From assembly GCA_032718475.1 (NCBI GenBank), contig JAUCBJ010008936.1, positions 69,357 to 133,356 of the forward strand: a stretch of 64,000 nucleotides of DNA. The letters are read 5' to 3'. How positions within the stretch are numbered: the first letter of the stretch is position 1; the number at the start of each line of letters is the position of its first letter. Under the pieces are notes generated by a model, which saw nothing but the letters and a program-made list of their open reading frames with translations, made no database searches and had not been told where the DNA came from. The DNA comes from Nemertoderma westbladi (taxonomy: Eukaryota; Animalia; Xenacoelomorpha). Of the stretch, positions 35,500 to 47,882 are shown piece after piece. The translations under genes were made by a program, and so were the position numbers.

Positions 35500-37195
35500 C
35501 TGAGTCTGGGGACTACCCAAAGCGAACAACTGAGTCTGGGGACTACCCAAAGCGAACAACTGAGTCTGGGGACTACCCAAAGCGAACAACTAAGTCTGGG
35601 GACTACCCAAAGCGAACAACTGAGTCTGGGGACTACCCAAAGCGAACAACTGAGTCTGGGGACTACCCAAAGCGAACAACTGAGTCTGGGGACTACCCAA
35701 AGCGAACAACTGAGTCTGGGGACTACCCAAAGCGAACAACTGAGTCTGGGGACTACCCAAAGCGAACAACTAAGTCTGGGGACTACCCAAAGCGAACAAC
35801 TGAGTCTGGGGACTACCCAAAGCGAACAACTGAGTCTGGCGACTACCCAAAGCGAACAACTAAGTCTGGGGACTACCCAAAGCGAACAACTGAGTCTGGG
35901 GACTACCCAAAGCGAACAACTAAGTCTGGGGACTACCCAAAGCGAACAACTAAGTCTGGGGACTACCCAAAGCGAACAACTAAGTCTGGGGACTACCCAA
36001 AGCGAACAACTAAGTCTGGGGACTACCCAAAGCGAACAACTAAGTCTGGGGACTACCCAAAGCGAACAACTAAGTCTGGGGACTACCCAAAGCGAACAAC
36101 TAAGTCTGGGGACTACCCAAAGCGAACAACTAAGTCTGGGGACTACCCAAAGCGAACAACTGAGTCTGGGGACTACCCAAAGCGAACAACTAAGTCTGGG
36201 GACTACCCAAAGCGAACAACTGAGTCTGGGGACTACCCAAAGCGAACAACTAAGTCTGGGGACTACCCAAAGCGAACAACTGAGTCTGGGGACTACCCAA
36301 AGCGAACAACTAAGTCTGGGGACTACCCAAAGCGAACAACTAAGTCTGGGGACTACCCAAAGCGAACAACTGAGTCTGGGGACTACCCAAAGCGAACAAC
36401 TGAGTCTGGGGACTACCTTAAGCGAACAACTGAGTCTGGGGACTAAGCGAACAACTGAGTCTGGGGACTACCCAAAGCGAACAACTGAGTCTGGGGACTA
36501 CCCAAAGCGAACAACTGAGTCTGGGGACTACCTTAAGCGAACAACTGAGTCTGGGGACTAAGCGAACAACTGAGTCTGGGTACTACCCAAAGCGAACAAC
36601 TGAGTCTGGGGATTACCCAAAGCGAACAACTAAGCCTGGGGACTACCCAAAGCGAACAACTGAGTCTGGGGACTACCCAAAGCGAACAACTGAGTCTGGG
36701 GACTACCCAAAGCGAACAACTGAGTCTGGGGACTACCTTAAGCGAACAACTGAGTCTGGGGACTAAGCGAACAACTGAGTCTGGGTACTACCCAAAGCGA
36801 ACAACTGAGTCTGGGGACTACCTAAAGCGAACAACTGAGTCTGGAGACTACCCAAAGCGAACAACTGAGTCTGGGGACTACCCTACCCAAAGCGAACAAC
36901 TAAGTCTGGGGACTACCCAAAGCGAACAACTGAGTCTGGGGACTACCTAAAGCGAACAACTGAGTCTGGGGACTACCTAAAGCAAACAACTGAGTCTGGG
37001 GACTACCCAAAGCGAACAACTGAGTCTGGGGACTACCCAAAGCGAACAACTAAGTCTGGGGACTACCCAAAGCGAACAACTGAGTCTGGGGACAACCCAA
37101 AGCGAACAACTGAGTCTGGGGACTACCCAAAGCGAACAACTGAGTCTGGGGACTACCCAAAGCGAACAGCTGAGTCTGGAGACTATCCAAAGCGA
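35500..37195. repeat. Satellite, 30-bp unit ct(g/a)agtctggggactacccaaagcgaacaa, about 57 copies
   Basis: Highly homogeneous head-to-tail array with no spacers. A few 25-bp units and repeated variant blocks (gactaccttaagcg...gactaagcg) lie in the right half. Confidence 0.98.
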
Positions 37196-37202
37196 CCCAC
37201 CA

Positions 37203-40200
37203 TTAATCCTCGAATAGGGTCTTCTTGGCCCTCTTCATTACATTTAGGCGGGCATAAATTTGTTTGATGCTTTTTGAATTAAGTTTCAGTGCTGCAGTAT
37301 TAAGGAGCTGAGTCATTGATCCTTTCACAGTTCTAACAGCGGTAGAAGTATCGCGAAAGAGGTGGTCTTTGAAGACATCTTCCATGATTTTATTCTCAGA
37401 CTTTTTCCATATAGCCCGCTTTGGCTTTCCAGCCATTGGAGATTCCTCAGGTGAAGATATTCTACAAGCGTTTACATCCAACGGGCTGTTAGTCGTTGCG
37501 ATTGGTGGCCCTAATGCTTCAGTAGCGGGTCCCAAGTCAATATAAGGCAGGTCAATATTGGGCTGTAATGCAATGCCGGTACGTGGCTCTAATGCGTCAA
37601 TATTGGGTCCCAAGTCAATAAGCGGTGGGTCAATATGGGATTCTAAGTCAACATCTGTTTCACCGGGGTTATTGATAAGATTATAGGCCCGAACAGCTTC
37701 TGCCCCTGAATTCGCAGCATCGTATATTTTTCGTTGCGTAGACATGGAATGTGCCAACTGTTTAGAAACCAAGTTTTGTTCAACCACGGTACGATTCTCG
37801 CGTTGGTTATAGAATGATACTGAATGTCTGTTTAAAGTTGGCGTGATCTTGGATCTCGATTGTGGGAGAATGGTCTTCCACAGATCCTGAATCGGTCTAC
37901 AGATACCACCAATCGGCTGTCCCAGCGTTGTGGTAAACACGTTTTGGACCTGGATACGAACAATCGCATATTGCGGTCGACAGTACGTGCTCCATTGTTT
38001 CACTAATAAATAGGTTGCTTCATCCATGACTATTTTAGCACTTCCATACACTTGATCAGTTTTAAGTTTCGGAACACTTATAACGATTCTATTACTTCCC
38101 TCCCGTTTTCGTTTGGTTACATGTTGCAGCTCCATATTGATAAGCTGGCTAGGTCGCGCACCATTGCGTAAGGCGAGTGCTGCAAATAAGTAGGCCCGCA
38201 TGTCACTAAGCTTCTCACCTGTGGTGTTTGACTTATTGTTAGTAATGTTCTGTAAAGCTAAATGTATATTCTTTATTCTATCTGCAGCAAAAAATTCCCT
38301 GATTTCTTGTTTTGTAGGCATATTATTAGTAGCTTCGTCTAGGACAACGTGAGCCCTTCGTTTCAGGGCCCTTTTTTGCGACCTTTGGATTGCATCCACG
38401 ACACCTTTGGCAGTTAATATATCAAGTTGTGAAACACTATTATTGGTCTTTTGGGAGATGACAACGTGTTGTTGATGAGCAAAAGTCATAAACAGAACCA
38501 TCTTCTGCACGTATACTCTAAGCGAAGTAATTTCCCTCAACTTTTTATTACTACAAATTGTTTCCTCTTGAAGTAATTTATACCCATTCATCAACTGGTC
38601 GCCATTGAACATTATTGCGGGTGATATGGGCTCAGGTAAAGTCATTGCAATTAATGTGTAGTAATGTTTAACACGCTGGGCTGCAAAGTCGACATCTTTC
38701 CACTCCATATCACACATGGGTGATTGTAAATAGGCCCGAAACTCGCCGATGAGGGGTATGAACAAATTAGCAAATTCACTATCATCTTTAGGCACATCAT
38801 AACGTTTCCTGTGCTTTAAAATATGCACTCGCTCTTCATTTTGGACCCGTTTCCCATTTACCATGTCATACGTGGGAATCTCATGCGCATAGGTTAGGTG
38901 ATTGGGGAGTCGAAGTGTTATAGCTCCACATAGCGAACAATTTGAAGGAACTCTTTTACTATTTTTATGATGTTTCTTAGAAAGAGCGGACATATAACGA
39001 ATGTATTTCGGATTAGTAGCCTTATGCTGCTCCCTCATGTGCCGTGTAATATTAATAACTTTCTTATTGCAGGCCGGGCATTCTTTACGATATCGCTTGG
39101 TTACACCGCCATAAGACTTGCGTACGAATTGCCATTTATCACGTTTACCCAATATTGGTTTTCCAGTGTCTAAGCTTTCGTTGTCCTCAGAATCATCACA
39201 GTAAGATGAAGAATCATCCGGAGTCCAATCAGGATCATTGGTATATTGCAATTGCGGGATTTTTATAGCCGCAACTGCAGCATCTTCATCGTCATATGTA
39301 TTAGATTCATGTGTTTCAAATGTATTCATATGACTGTTACCTATAAAAATTAAATAAAATCGAATAATATCCACTGATACTGGGAAGACAATGGAAAGGG
39401 AACATTTTTAAAAGCAATTTTTAAATTCTCATTTTTAATGTCAGACAAAGTCTTTTATAAAATTTCATTGTACTGTAGAAGAAACCATCCCTAAATCACA
39501 CCCCGACAATAAACCAACCCCGGTCGAATTATGTATACTCAGTCCCAGTCATTTGCTACTTGAAACACTCCTGTTTAAGGAGCAGGTGAGCATCCATGCA
39601 CACACCGCACATGGTCAACTTCACCTTTCCCATTTGATTATTTCCCATAACCTTTGAGGCTGTATCATGTAGGCAGGCATTAGCCCATTGTTAGCCTACC
39701 ATTTTGATAGTTAAAGCTTTCTCTGTATGCCACTAGATTATAGTGTTTGTTGTGTGGTAATTTAGGATTAGCAGCAAGTGTTATATTTAAAAACAAGTGT
39801 TATAATTTCAGGTGTTTATATGATAGCAGTATTTGTTATTGCAGTGTTAAAAACAATATTTATTTTATTATTTTATTTTGCATTAAGATACCTACAGGTA
39901 GTTGCCATAGACTAATGTAATAAGGGGCCATCCATAAATGACATCACTCTGAACAGCGGAGGGGGGGGGGGGGGGGGGGGGGTTGATATTTCGTGACGAT
40001 TTGTGACGAAGGGGGGGGGGGGGGGGGGGTAAAAATGTCTTTAAAAACCGTGACGTCATTTATGGATAGCCCCTGATGTATTTTATTACCAGCCAGTCGG
40101 TAACATGATATTTAAAAATAATCAGTTCCAGAAACCGCATTGTAGCACTTGATTTCAACCCAATGGCCAATAATTTGAAGTGCATGTTATGTTACTAACC

Positions 40201-41535
40201 TCCAAAACCTTCTAATGGCATATTATCCAATTCAGTTAACATAAATGGAACCGTATCATCTAAAAGGCTGTATGTATGATTATCATCTGTGCTAAGCAGA
40301 GGTAAATCTATGCCTTGGTTGTCATTGAAATAAATTTCAGACTCCCGGAGAGGATTATCATTTATTCCAAATTCGCCATCATCTGAAAGATAACAAACAC
40401 TTTAAGTTAAAAAGTTATGCCTAGTAAACGACCGGTTAACCGGGACGAGTTCAAACCCGGGCCGGGTTGGGGTGACCCGGACCCGTCAAAAAAGACGCCG
40501 GGTACTGGGTTTTATTAAAATTAAGCACTTGCGTGAATGAGAATGAAAAGCCTGTTTGACATACCTATATACGTAGGTACCAGTACACAAAGTTGCCTAA
40601 AGCAGTAGGTAGTCAGGTAGTAGTAGCATCTTCTTAGATTTTATATCATTTTCGATTTTTTTTTTCAATTTTTTTCTTTTGATGTATCATTTTTTTTCGA
40701 TTTTATTTTATTTGTATCATTTTTGATATCACAAGTGTTGACCCGGACCCTGCGTTTTTGAGACAGACCCGGATCCGGCAAAATGTTCGACCCGGTCGTT
40801 TACTAGTTATGCCCTAATGCTGTAATGGGAATGCCTATCAAAAATAAATTGATTCCAATAAGTTGATTTAAATAATTTCAAAATAATTGTATTATTGATT
40901 GAGGCAGGCCTTAATTATTGTATAATTAATAAGTTGATTGCAACTGGAAGAAAACTTTGGCTCTCTTTTGTGATCAAAAACCTAAAAACCTAGTTTTAGA
41001 CTTTTTTTAAATTTTAGAATTTCAAATCGACAAAAACCTAGGCTTACAAAAACCTACTTTGCCAGCCCTACTAGGACCACCCTATCCAGGCACCAGGTCC
41101 CGGCAGATTGGCAGTACTGTTACTGGTTACTGAGGTAGGCCTACCGTAATTAAATTCATTAACCAGTCATCCAGTTAACTTACCAGTATCTGCGACATCA
41201 TCTTCACCAGAATTACAACTGCTACCGGTACCGGTACCGCATGAACTACCAGTATAGCAGTCTGAAGAATTCCAATTGTCGTCGTCATCATTATGAAATA
41301 CAGGAAACTTTGGCCCCTTAGGTTGCTTAGCCTTAGGCCTAAATACAGGCACAATGCGAGTGAGGTTTTTTTCTCTATTAATACCGGTACCGGTATTTGA
41401 TCCGGAAGGGAGGCTACAGTCACCGGAAGCAGTATTAACGCCGTTGCCTGTTACCGCTACCGGTAAGGTACCGGTACCAACCACCGCCGCCGGTAGGCAG
41501 GTAGGCGTAGGACATCTACGTTTTCGTCTTCCCAT
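37203..41535 (-). CDS. Intact spliced tyrosine recombinase with two C2H2 fingers and a C-terminal Myb-like helix: complement(join 41535..41184, 40382..40200, 39340..37203), 890 aa
   Basis: All four splice sites are GT-AG and phase-1 compatible, and the spliced length is 2673 nt. Fingers CPAC..RHMREQH and CSLC..NHLTYAH. YR catalytic set NGAR, KLKT, TLNRH, LAHS, KIY. C-terminal RAIWKKSE...KQIYARL. Confidence 0.86.
39924..40073. mobile_element. PIF/Harbinger-type MITE in YR intron 2
   Basis: TIRs ggggccatccataaatgacatcac and gtgacgtcatttatggatagcccc, with 3-bp flanks TAA and TGA. Confidence 0.8.
40422..40805. mobile_element. hAT-type MITE in YR intron 1
   Basis: Perfect 14-bp TIR TAGTAAACGACCGG and perfect 8-bp TSD GTTATGCC (40414-40421 and 40806-40813). 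Confidence 0.92.
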
Positions 41536-41934
41536 CAAGATCAACTGATCACAGCACCCTGCAGCACTGGTAACGGCTGAACGGGACGTGCTCTGTGCTC
41601 AGGGCAACGGACTGTCAACGGCAACGGATGTACCTGTAACGGTACTGCTGTACTGCGGTATGGCTGTATGGTAGGCCTGTCAGCCTGTACTGCTGTACTG
41701 TAAGGTAAGGCTACTTCTGCTGGATCTGAGCCTGAGGCTGTGAGGAAGACTGGTGTTTGTGATGCGCGATGCGGTACCGGCAAGCGGCAACCGGCTGTAG
41801 CTCCTATTTCTTTTCCTGTTTTCTGCAGTCGGATCTCGGATCCACTGACTGACTGACAGACTGATCCAGCAACTCAGTCAGCAACTCCTGAACTCCTGAA
41901 CTCACCCAGTCACCAGCTCACTGCAGCACTTCTT

Positions 41935-44900
41935 TAAAATTATAGTCAAGAATAAGTATCCTTTAAGTCGGAATACGAAGCACGTGACTTCCGCTCGTTA
42001 ACAACCGCAGCACGCGATGCCACTGATGGTCCAGCAGTCTGTCGGGAAATTCGAGTACGTCAGAGTTTATCTCAAATACAAAGGCTATCCCTCCGCAACA
42101 CCAGAATCTCGGTACAGAAACTAAATAAGAAAGCCCATCATGATGAAATCGGTGATGCTACTGAAAGCTATAGTCTAAAACCGGATGGCGAAGTCTGGCG
42201 GTATACAAAACACAGTGACGGCAAATGGAAACGAGACCGTCGATGGAGTTTTGTTGAAGTAGATGCAGATCGCTCTAGGACGACTCAGAACTCCTCTCGA
42301 TCAGATAGCGGTCCCCGCTCCCACCAGGCTATTTGGAGAAACCGTCCCCTGGACCAGGAAAACTAGTTAAGGGAGAGGACGCCGTAAATAGTGGACCTTT
42401 TCTAAACTGTTATAGTGCAAATGTGCAATCAATAAAAATGAAACTTTCCGAACTTCAGGTCTTGTTAAACAATAACAAATATGATATTATAGCCTTAACC
42501 GAAACTTGGGCAAATGAAACTATAACTGATGCTATGCTAGTGGGTGGTACTGATTATGCATCTATGAGACACGATAGATTCCATCTGGATCTGGGCGGTG
42601 GGGTAGCTATCCTTTTAAAAAAAAGCATTAAATGCTGTAGAGTGACTTTACCAAACCATCTTAGTGATGCTGAGGTAATAGGAATTGACTTATTAGGTTC
42701 TAATAAATCTAGAATCATATGTGGCTATAGACCACCTCCCAGACCGGACGTAGTTGATAACACAGCGATTTTATTGGAATCGCTGGCTTTTTTGTGCAAT
42801 ACATCACTCCCTTGTGTTTTAATTGGGGACTTTAATTATCCACTTTTTAATTGGTCTGAATTTGTGTATCCAGACAATGCTTGCTACAACCAGTTTGCCA
42901 CTTTTATCTTGCATAATAGCTTAACTCAATTGCAATTTAAACCAACTAGGGGCCCAAATGTGCTGGATTTAGTGTTCACATCGGATAATCAGTTTGTTTC
43001 TAGTGTTAATACTAACGTACCCTTCTCAACCAGTGACCATGACAGTGTTAGTTTTAATATTTTAGCACCATCCCTTCATATTAATGATAATTCAACCTCG
43101 TATACAGGTTTTTATGATTTTAATAATGGCGACTATACTGCTTTCAGTGCTTACATTAAGAATAGTAATATTATTACCAGGTATGAAAGTTGTGTTACGG
43201 TAGACGATTTTTATGAGACTTTTTCCTCAGTACTTAAGGAAGGCATAGACAAATTTGTCCCTTTCAAACCTTTTAAACAACGCAAAAAGTATTACCCGCT
43301 TTTTGTTAGACGCCTTCAGAGGGCGAAGAAATTACTGTGGAGGAAACGACATAGAGAGAATGGGCGACAAGAATATTATCGTGTGGCAAAGGCTGCAGCC
43401 TCTGCAGCTCACCGCGCTACCTGCATCAAAGAGACTGAAATCCTAAACTCGGGTAACCCTGCTTTAATTTATAAATATATAAATTCAAAGAGAAAATCCA
43501 CCTTGGGTATTGGCCCTTTAAAATTCAAAGGTGATACGGTAGTGGATGATGCGACAAAGGCCCGTATATTTAACGAGGTGCTAACCCAAAATTTTACAGT
43601 TGATAACAATGTAAGCATCAATATACCCAGTAAAGTGCATAGTAGTATTAATTTGTCGACTATAAATTTTAGCCCGGTAAATGTGTTAACTTTTTTGAAT
43701 AAGTTGCCCAATAAGAAAAGTGGGACCCCTGACAACCTACCGAGTATCTTATTTCATCGTTTATCAGTGTGCTTGGCTAAACCATTATCTGTTATATTTA
43801 AACTCTCTTTTGAGACACACACACTTCCATCTATTTGGCTTACTGCTACCATTATTCCTATCTTTAAAAAGGGTGATCCTTGCGACCCCTTTAACTATAG
43901 ACCAATATCATTAACTTGCATCGCATGCAAAATTATGGAAATGTGTGTCAAAAATGATTTATTATCCTATTTGCTATTGAATAAATTGATCAATAAGGCA
44001 CAACATGGTTTCTTGTGCCGTAGGTCTACCAATACACAATTATTGGAGTGTGTTACAGATTGGTATAATATGGTTGATAATAGGCAAAATATCGATATAA
44101 TTTATATCGATTTCGCCAAAGCCTTTGATTCCGTTGTGCACAGCAAATTATTAATTAAACTGAGAGCTTATGGCATAGCTGATGACTTGTTATTGTGGCT
44201 TTCAGCCCTTCTGTCAAATAGGACACAGCGTGTTGTTGTCGGTAAATATTGCTCAGATTTTGCACCAGTTACCTCCGGTACAATACAAGGGAGTGTGCTG
44301 GGACCACTTTTGTTCCTAATGTTCATAAACGACCTACCTGAACAGCTCTTGCCAATAACTGTCAAACTTTTCGCTGATGATGTTAAAATGTATGCTGACA
44401 GTTCGCAGTGCCATTTGCTATCCAATGCACTTAATAAACTGGAGACATGGGCCAGTACATGGCAGCTGTCGATTGCAGCACACAAATGTACTGTAGTTTA
44501 TGTGGGTAAAAACAATTGCAAACATGTGTACTACTTAAATGATAGCGTCCTCAGTGAAAGTTTATTTTGTAAAGATTTAGGCTTAACAGTAATGTCAGAT
44601 CTCTCATTCGATCGGTACTGCAGCGACCAAGTAGCCAAAGCATGTAAAATTGTCAACATTCTGTTTCGGTGTATTCAAACGAAAAACATTAAAGCTCTCC
44701 TTATGGCATACAAAAGTATGGTCCGCCCATTACTTGAGTATTGTACTTCAGTATGGTCTCCATATAAAAAAAGCAGTATCAATCTTGTCGAGAGCGTACA
44801 GCATTACTTTACTAGGCGCTTATATGCAAGGTGCAATATTCCCTATACTTGTTATACAAACCGTTTAGATTTTCTGTTCTTACAACCGCTGGAACTACGT

Positions 44901-45598
44901 CGTATCATATTTGATTTAAAGTTAACCTACAGTATTGACAGAAACCTAGTTGATCTAGATGTAGATAAATATTTTACAAGACCACCGCGTAGTGGTCTTC
45001 GAGGGCATTCTCGTAAATTATTTGTACCTAGGTGCAGACTCAATATGTGTAAAAACTCGTTTAAGCACAGAGTTGTTCCTATTTGGAACGAGTTACCTGG
45101 AGATCTTGTTGATGCTGTAAACCTAACCATTTTTACACGGGGTTTGTCAGGGGTTAACCTACTTAAATATTGCTCTTTTTCAAGAGACCAGGGTAATCCA
45201 TGGTTTTTTCAGTAAAATGTATTTAATCTCGTTAGTATTGTTTTTATTTTTTTTTTTTCTATTTTTTTCCAATGGTCAAACTGGATATTTTCTCTTACTT
45301 TGAACCAATTATTTTAAATTTAATGTTCTTTTTAATTTTCTTCAACATTCCTTGTGTAATTTTAATTTTAATTTCAATTTCAATATTCTTTTTTTCACAT
45401 TAAAACTAATTATGGACCACCATAAGTGCTATATGCCTGGTAGGTATCCTCTCCCTCGAACCATATAATGTATCTTATATCTCAATTACAATATTTTACT
45501 TATATTTAGTAAATGTATTTCGTGTATAATTTTGTATTAATATCTGTTGCTTTGTTTTTTTTTTAAATTTGATTTCGTGTTAATAAATAAATAAATAA
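41935..45598 (+). mobile_element. 5'-truncated CR1-clade LINE (family B), inserted upstream of the YR gene
   Basis: The ORF1 C-terminus (SYSLKPDGEVWRY...GKWKRDRRW...DQEN*, to 42366) is homologous to family A ORF1. It is followed by an intact ORF2, a 3' UTR and a (TAAA)n tail at ~45581-45598. Confidence 0.93.
42357..45215 (+). CDS. CR1 ORF2 (APE + RT), uninterrupted
   Basis: ANVQSI, LTETW, GDFN, LDL, SDH; YRPISLT, DFAKAFD, QGSVLGP, FADD; YKSMVRPLLEY, LRGH, WNELP. Confidence 0.94.
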   Translation, partial: GKLVKGEDAVNSGPFLNCYSANVQSIKMKLSELQVLLNNNKYDIIALTETWANETITDAMLVGGTDYASMRHDRFHLDLGGGVAILLKKSIKCCRVTLPNHLSDAEVIGIDLLGSNKSRIICGYRPPPRPDVVDNTAILLESLAFLCNTSLPCVLIGDFNYPLFNWSEFVYPDNACYNQFATFILHNSLTQLQFKPTRGPNVLDLVFTSDNQFVSSVNTNVPFSTSDHDSVSFNILAPSLHINDNSTSYTGFYDFNNGDYTAFSAYIKNSNIITRYESCVTVDDFYETFSSVLKEGIDKFVPFKPFKQRKKYYPLFVRRLQRAKKLLWRKRHRENGRQEYYRVAKAAASAAHRATCIKETEILNSGNPALIYKYINSKRKSTLGIGPLKFKGDTVVDDATKARIFNEVLTQNFTVDNNVSINIPSKVHSSINLSTINFSPVNVLTFLNKLPNKKSGTPDNLPSILFHRLSVCLAKPLSVIFKLSFETHTLPSIWLTATIIPIFKKGDPCDPFNYRPISLTCIACKIMEMCVKNDLLSYLLLNKLINKAQHGFLCRRSTNTQLLECVTDWYNMVDNRQNIDIIYIDFAKAFDSVVHSKLLIKLRAYGIADDLLLWLSALLSNRTQRVVVGKYCSDFAPVTSGTIQGSVLGPLLFLMFINDLPEQLLPITVKLFADDVKMYADSSQCHLLSNALNKLETWASTWQLSIAAHKCTVVYVGKNNCKHVYYLNDSVLSESLFCKDLGLTVMSDLSFDRYCSDQVAKACKIVNILFRCIQTKNIKALLMAYKSMVRPLLEYCTSVWSPYKKSSINLVESVQHYFTRRLYARCNIPYTCYTNRLDFLFLQPLELRRIIFDLKLTYSIDRNLVDLDVDKYFTRPPRSGLRGHSRKLFVPRCRLNMCKNSFKHRVVPIWNELPGDLVDAVNLTIFTRGLSGVNLLKYCSFSRDQGNPWFFQ

Positions 45599-46292
45599 GA
45601 CACGGTAGGCCTACGTACTGACGTAGGACAGTAGGAACACGGTCAGAATACAGGAATACAGAAATATCGGTACAGTAATACACAGGCAGACAGGTATACC
45701 TGGCTGTCTGATAGGTCTACCGCCCTACCGGCACCGGCAAACTGGTTATAAAACTACTCCCAGACTCCAGTGTCAGTCTGCTGGTCTGGCAGTGCAGTAC
45801 AGCAGTAGCAGCAGCAGTATGCTGGTATGGTACAGCCACAGCACTTCAATCAGGCAGTGCTGCAGTGCCGGTACTGCCAACACTGAAGACACTTTAGATC
45901 CTAACTGTGAACTTAGATCCTAACTAGGTGAACTTAGATCACAATTTATGCTAAAAAACCTTTGGTAATCATCATGCTAGTCAGCTAGTCGCGAAGCAAC
46001 TTAGATCCCACGTGTATTGCTCCCTCGATATTATAGTACAGTAGTATATTGTGTTGTGCTACATTAAGCATATAAAAGTACTTATAATGATCTAATGCAA
46101 ATATGTCATACACTCAAATTAGTTGCAATCAGCGACTCACCAACAAACAATAATTTGCCAATTATAATAGCTAATTCATTACAATGTATTGGTGGTATGA
46201 TCTAAGTTCGCTTCCCGTTAAGCGTGATAAATATTTACATTAAATGTCTGCTGGCATATGGCAGCAATGACATTTCACATTTAACACAGCTA

Positions 46293-47882
46293 TAAAAAAT
46301 ACAATAGCGGGTTTTTAAATTCAATATACAATATACTGCAGTTGAAACTCAATAATGGCTAACTCAAGACAATCTGCAGTTCTTTAGTCTGCCGCTAGAG
46401 TACGAAATGTCTGAAAGTGAATTTTTTGACCTATTCAGTCATTTATGATCCGTTCAAGCTGAAAATTGTCAGATAGGAACTAGAATACACCCTGTGTCAT
46501 TGTATGGTCGGAATCACTAGCGCGAAGGCCCCACTTCGTGAATTATACACAGTACCGGTATGTATAATTTATTAGATTAGATTAGAGATCGTAAGTTGTT
46601 CGCACGACTTAGCTAAAAAAAAGACTATTTAATTTCCCTGTATGGGCTCCGTAGGTTTATTTTCAGTTCAGAAATAAACTTTGTAGTGGCCCATTTGGTA
46701 CACGCATATATTTTTGTATTTGTGACATTATATTTTTACAGGAGAAAACTTAACGCAACCCCTATCGGCAAATTAAATTCTCACCGAAATGTTAAAGTAG
46801 TGAAAGGGTCAGGTTAACGTTGGCGCGTCATTCTAACCAAAACAATAAACGGAAGTCAATAGAAAAGACGTTTCAGTTTTATTTTTGGGGAATAATCCGT
46901 TGTTATATGCGTCGTGGAAATTAGCAAATGAAATAGAAGTTGGAGACAATGTTATATTACTGAGCTACTTGCATTTTTCGTCACTCATTGGGACATATTT
47001 AAAAATACCACAATCACAATCAATCAGAAACGATTAATATTTAATTTCGCGACAATTTTATTCAATAGTTTCGGGAATTTTCTTATAGAAAAGCAACGAA
47101 TGGCTAATTTTATCTAAAAGTTGGAACCCGGTGTTATTTGTTGTGCTCTTTCTATTTTCGACTGTGTTCGATTGTGTTTGGGTGTGTTCTTGTATGTTCG
47201 CTTGTGTTCTGTAAAAAGGACTATCCAATAAAATCAAAATCAGGTTGATTTCTTAATGCTTTATGCGATTACCAAATATGTGCTACTTGTCTACTTTTCG
47301 TAACACACGGTCCTTACTGTGAAAAGTACAGTAGGGCCTAAAGTACATTTTCGTCGGCCGTGAGACCATGGAATACACACAAAGTCTGATGACTTATTTC
47401 CAGTGCGGTCCCCACAGAACTATACTCCCCAGAGGAAACTCCAATACTCATTTAGCTACCATTCAAGGATGCAAGGCAGATATGCGCCTAGACCCTAGAC
47501 GCTTAGACCCTTCAAAGCGTTCGTGCCGAAACAAAAACTGCCCTGGCCTGTTAATGTTAACATGCCTTGTTAATATGTGATTATCATATATGTTCTACTT
47601 GTATACCTTTCGCGATACTTTTCGCGGATATCTGTTGTCTTTCTACTTCGGTAGGTGTGAACTTCATCCATAGAAAACTGTAGTAATTTTTAAGAGTGGC
47701 CCATTTACTACAGACATATATATGAAGTGTAAGTCACGCAGGGCCGTTCATAATGCAACGCCAATGGATTCTAGATTAGCATCCTCAAATTAAATAGCAT
47801 TAAGAAAAGAAAAGTATTGATTGACAACAACGACATTTCTTAATATCTATTATTTAAAAAACAAATTACAAATAAAACAAAC
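46293..47882 (+). repeat. Long direct repeat, copy B
   Basis: Collinear with 34116-35407, with an extra segment at ~46866-47450. Confidence 0.92.

Noticed and set aside
35452-36561. 369-aa (SLGTTQSEQL)n protein
   Set aside because: It is a by-product of a stop-free frame in a 30-bp satellite. The common G/A variant is synonymous, but 5-bp deletions break the frame and the ATG lies in junction filler.
35500-37195. CRISPR array
   Set aside because: The 30-bp units are contiguous with no unique spacers, there are no cas genes, and the context is eukaryotic.
39961-40029. Poly-G/poly-C tracts as functional G-quadruplex elements (also ~16350, 25975, 35120, 48920)
   Set aside because: They lie inside MITEs or dispersed repeats, and homopolymer lengths are unreliable. 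There is no independent support.
37203-45215. DIRS/Ngaro retrotransposon (YR + RT)
   Set aside because: The neighbouring RT is an APE-bearing CR1 LINE with its own tail, on the opposite strand, and the YR gene has introns.
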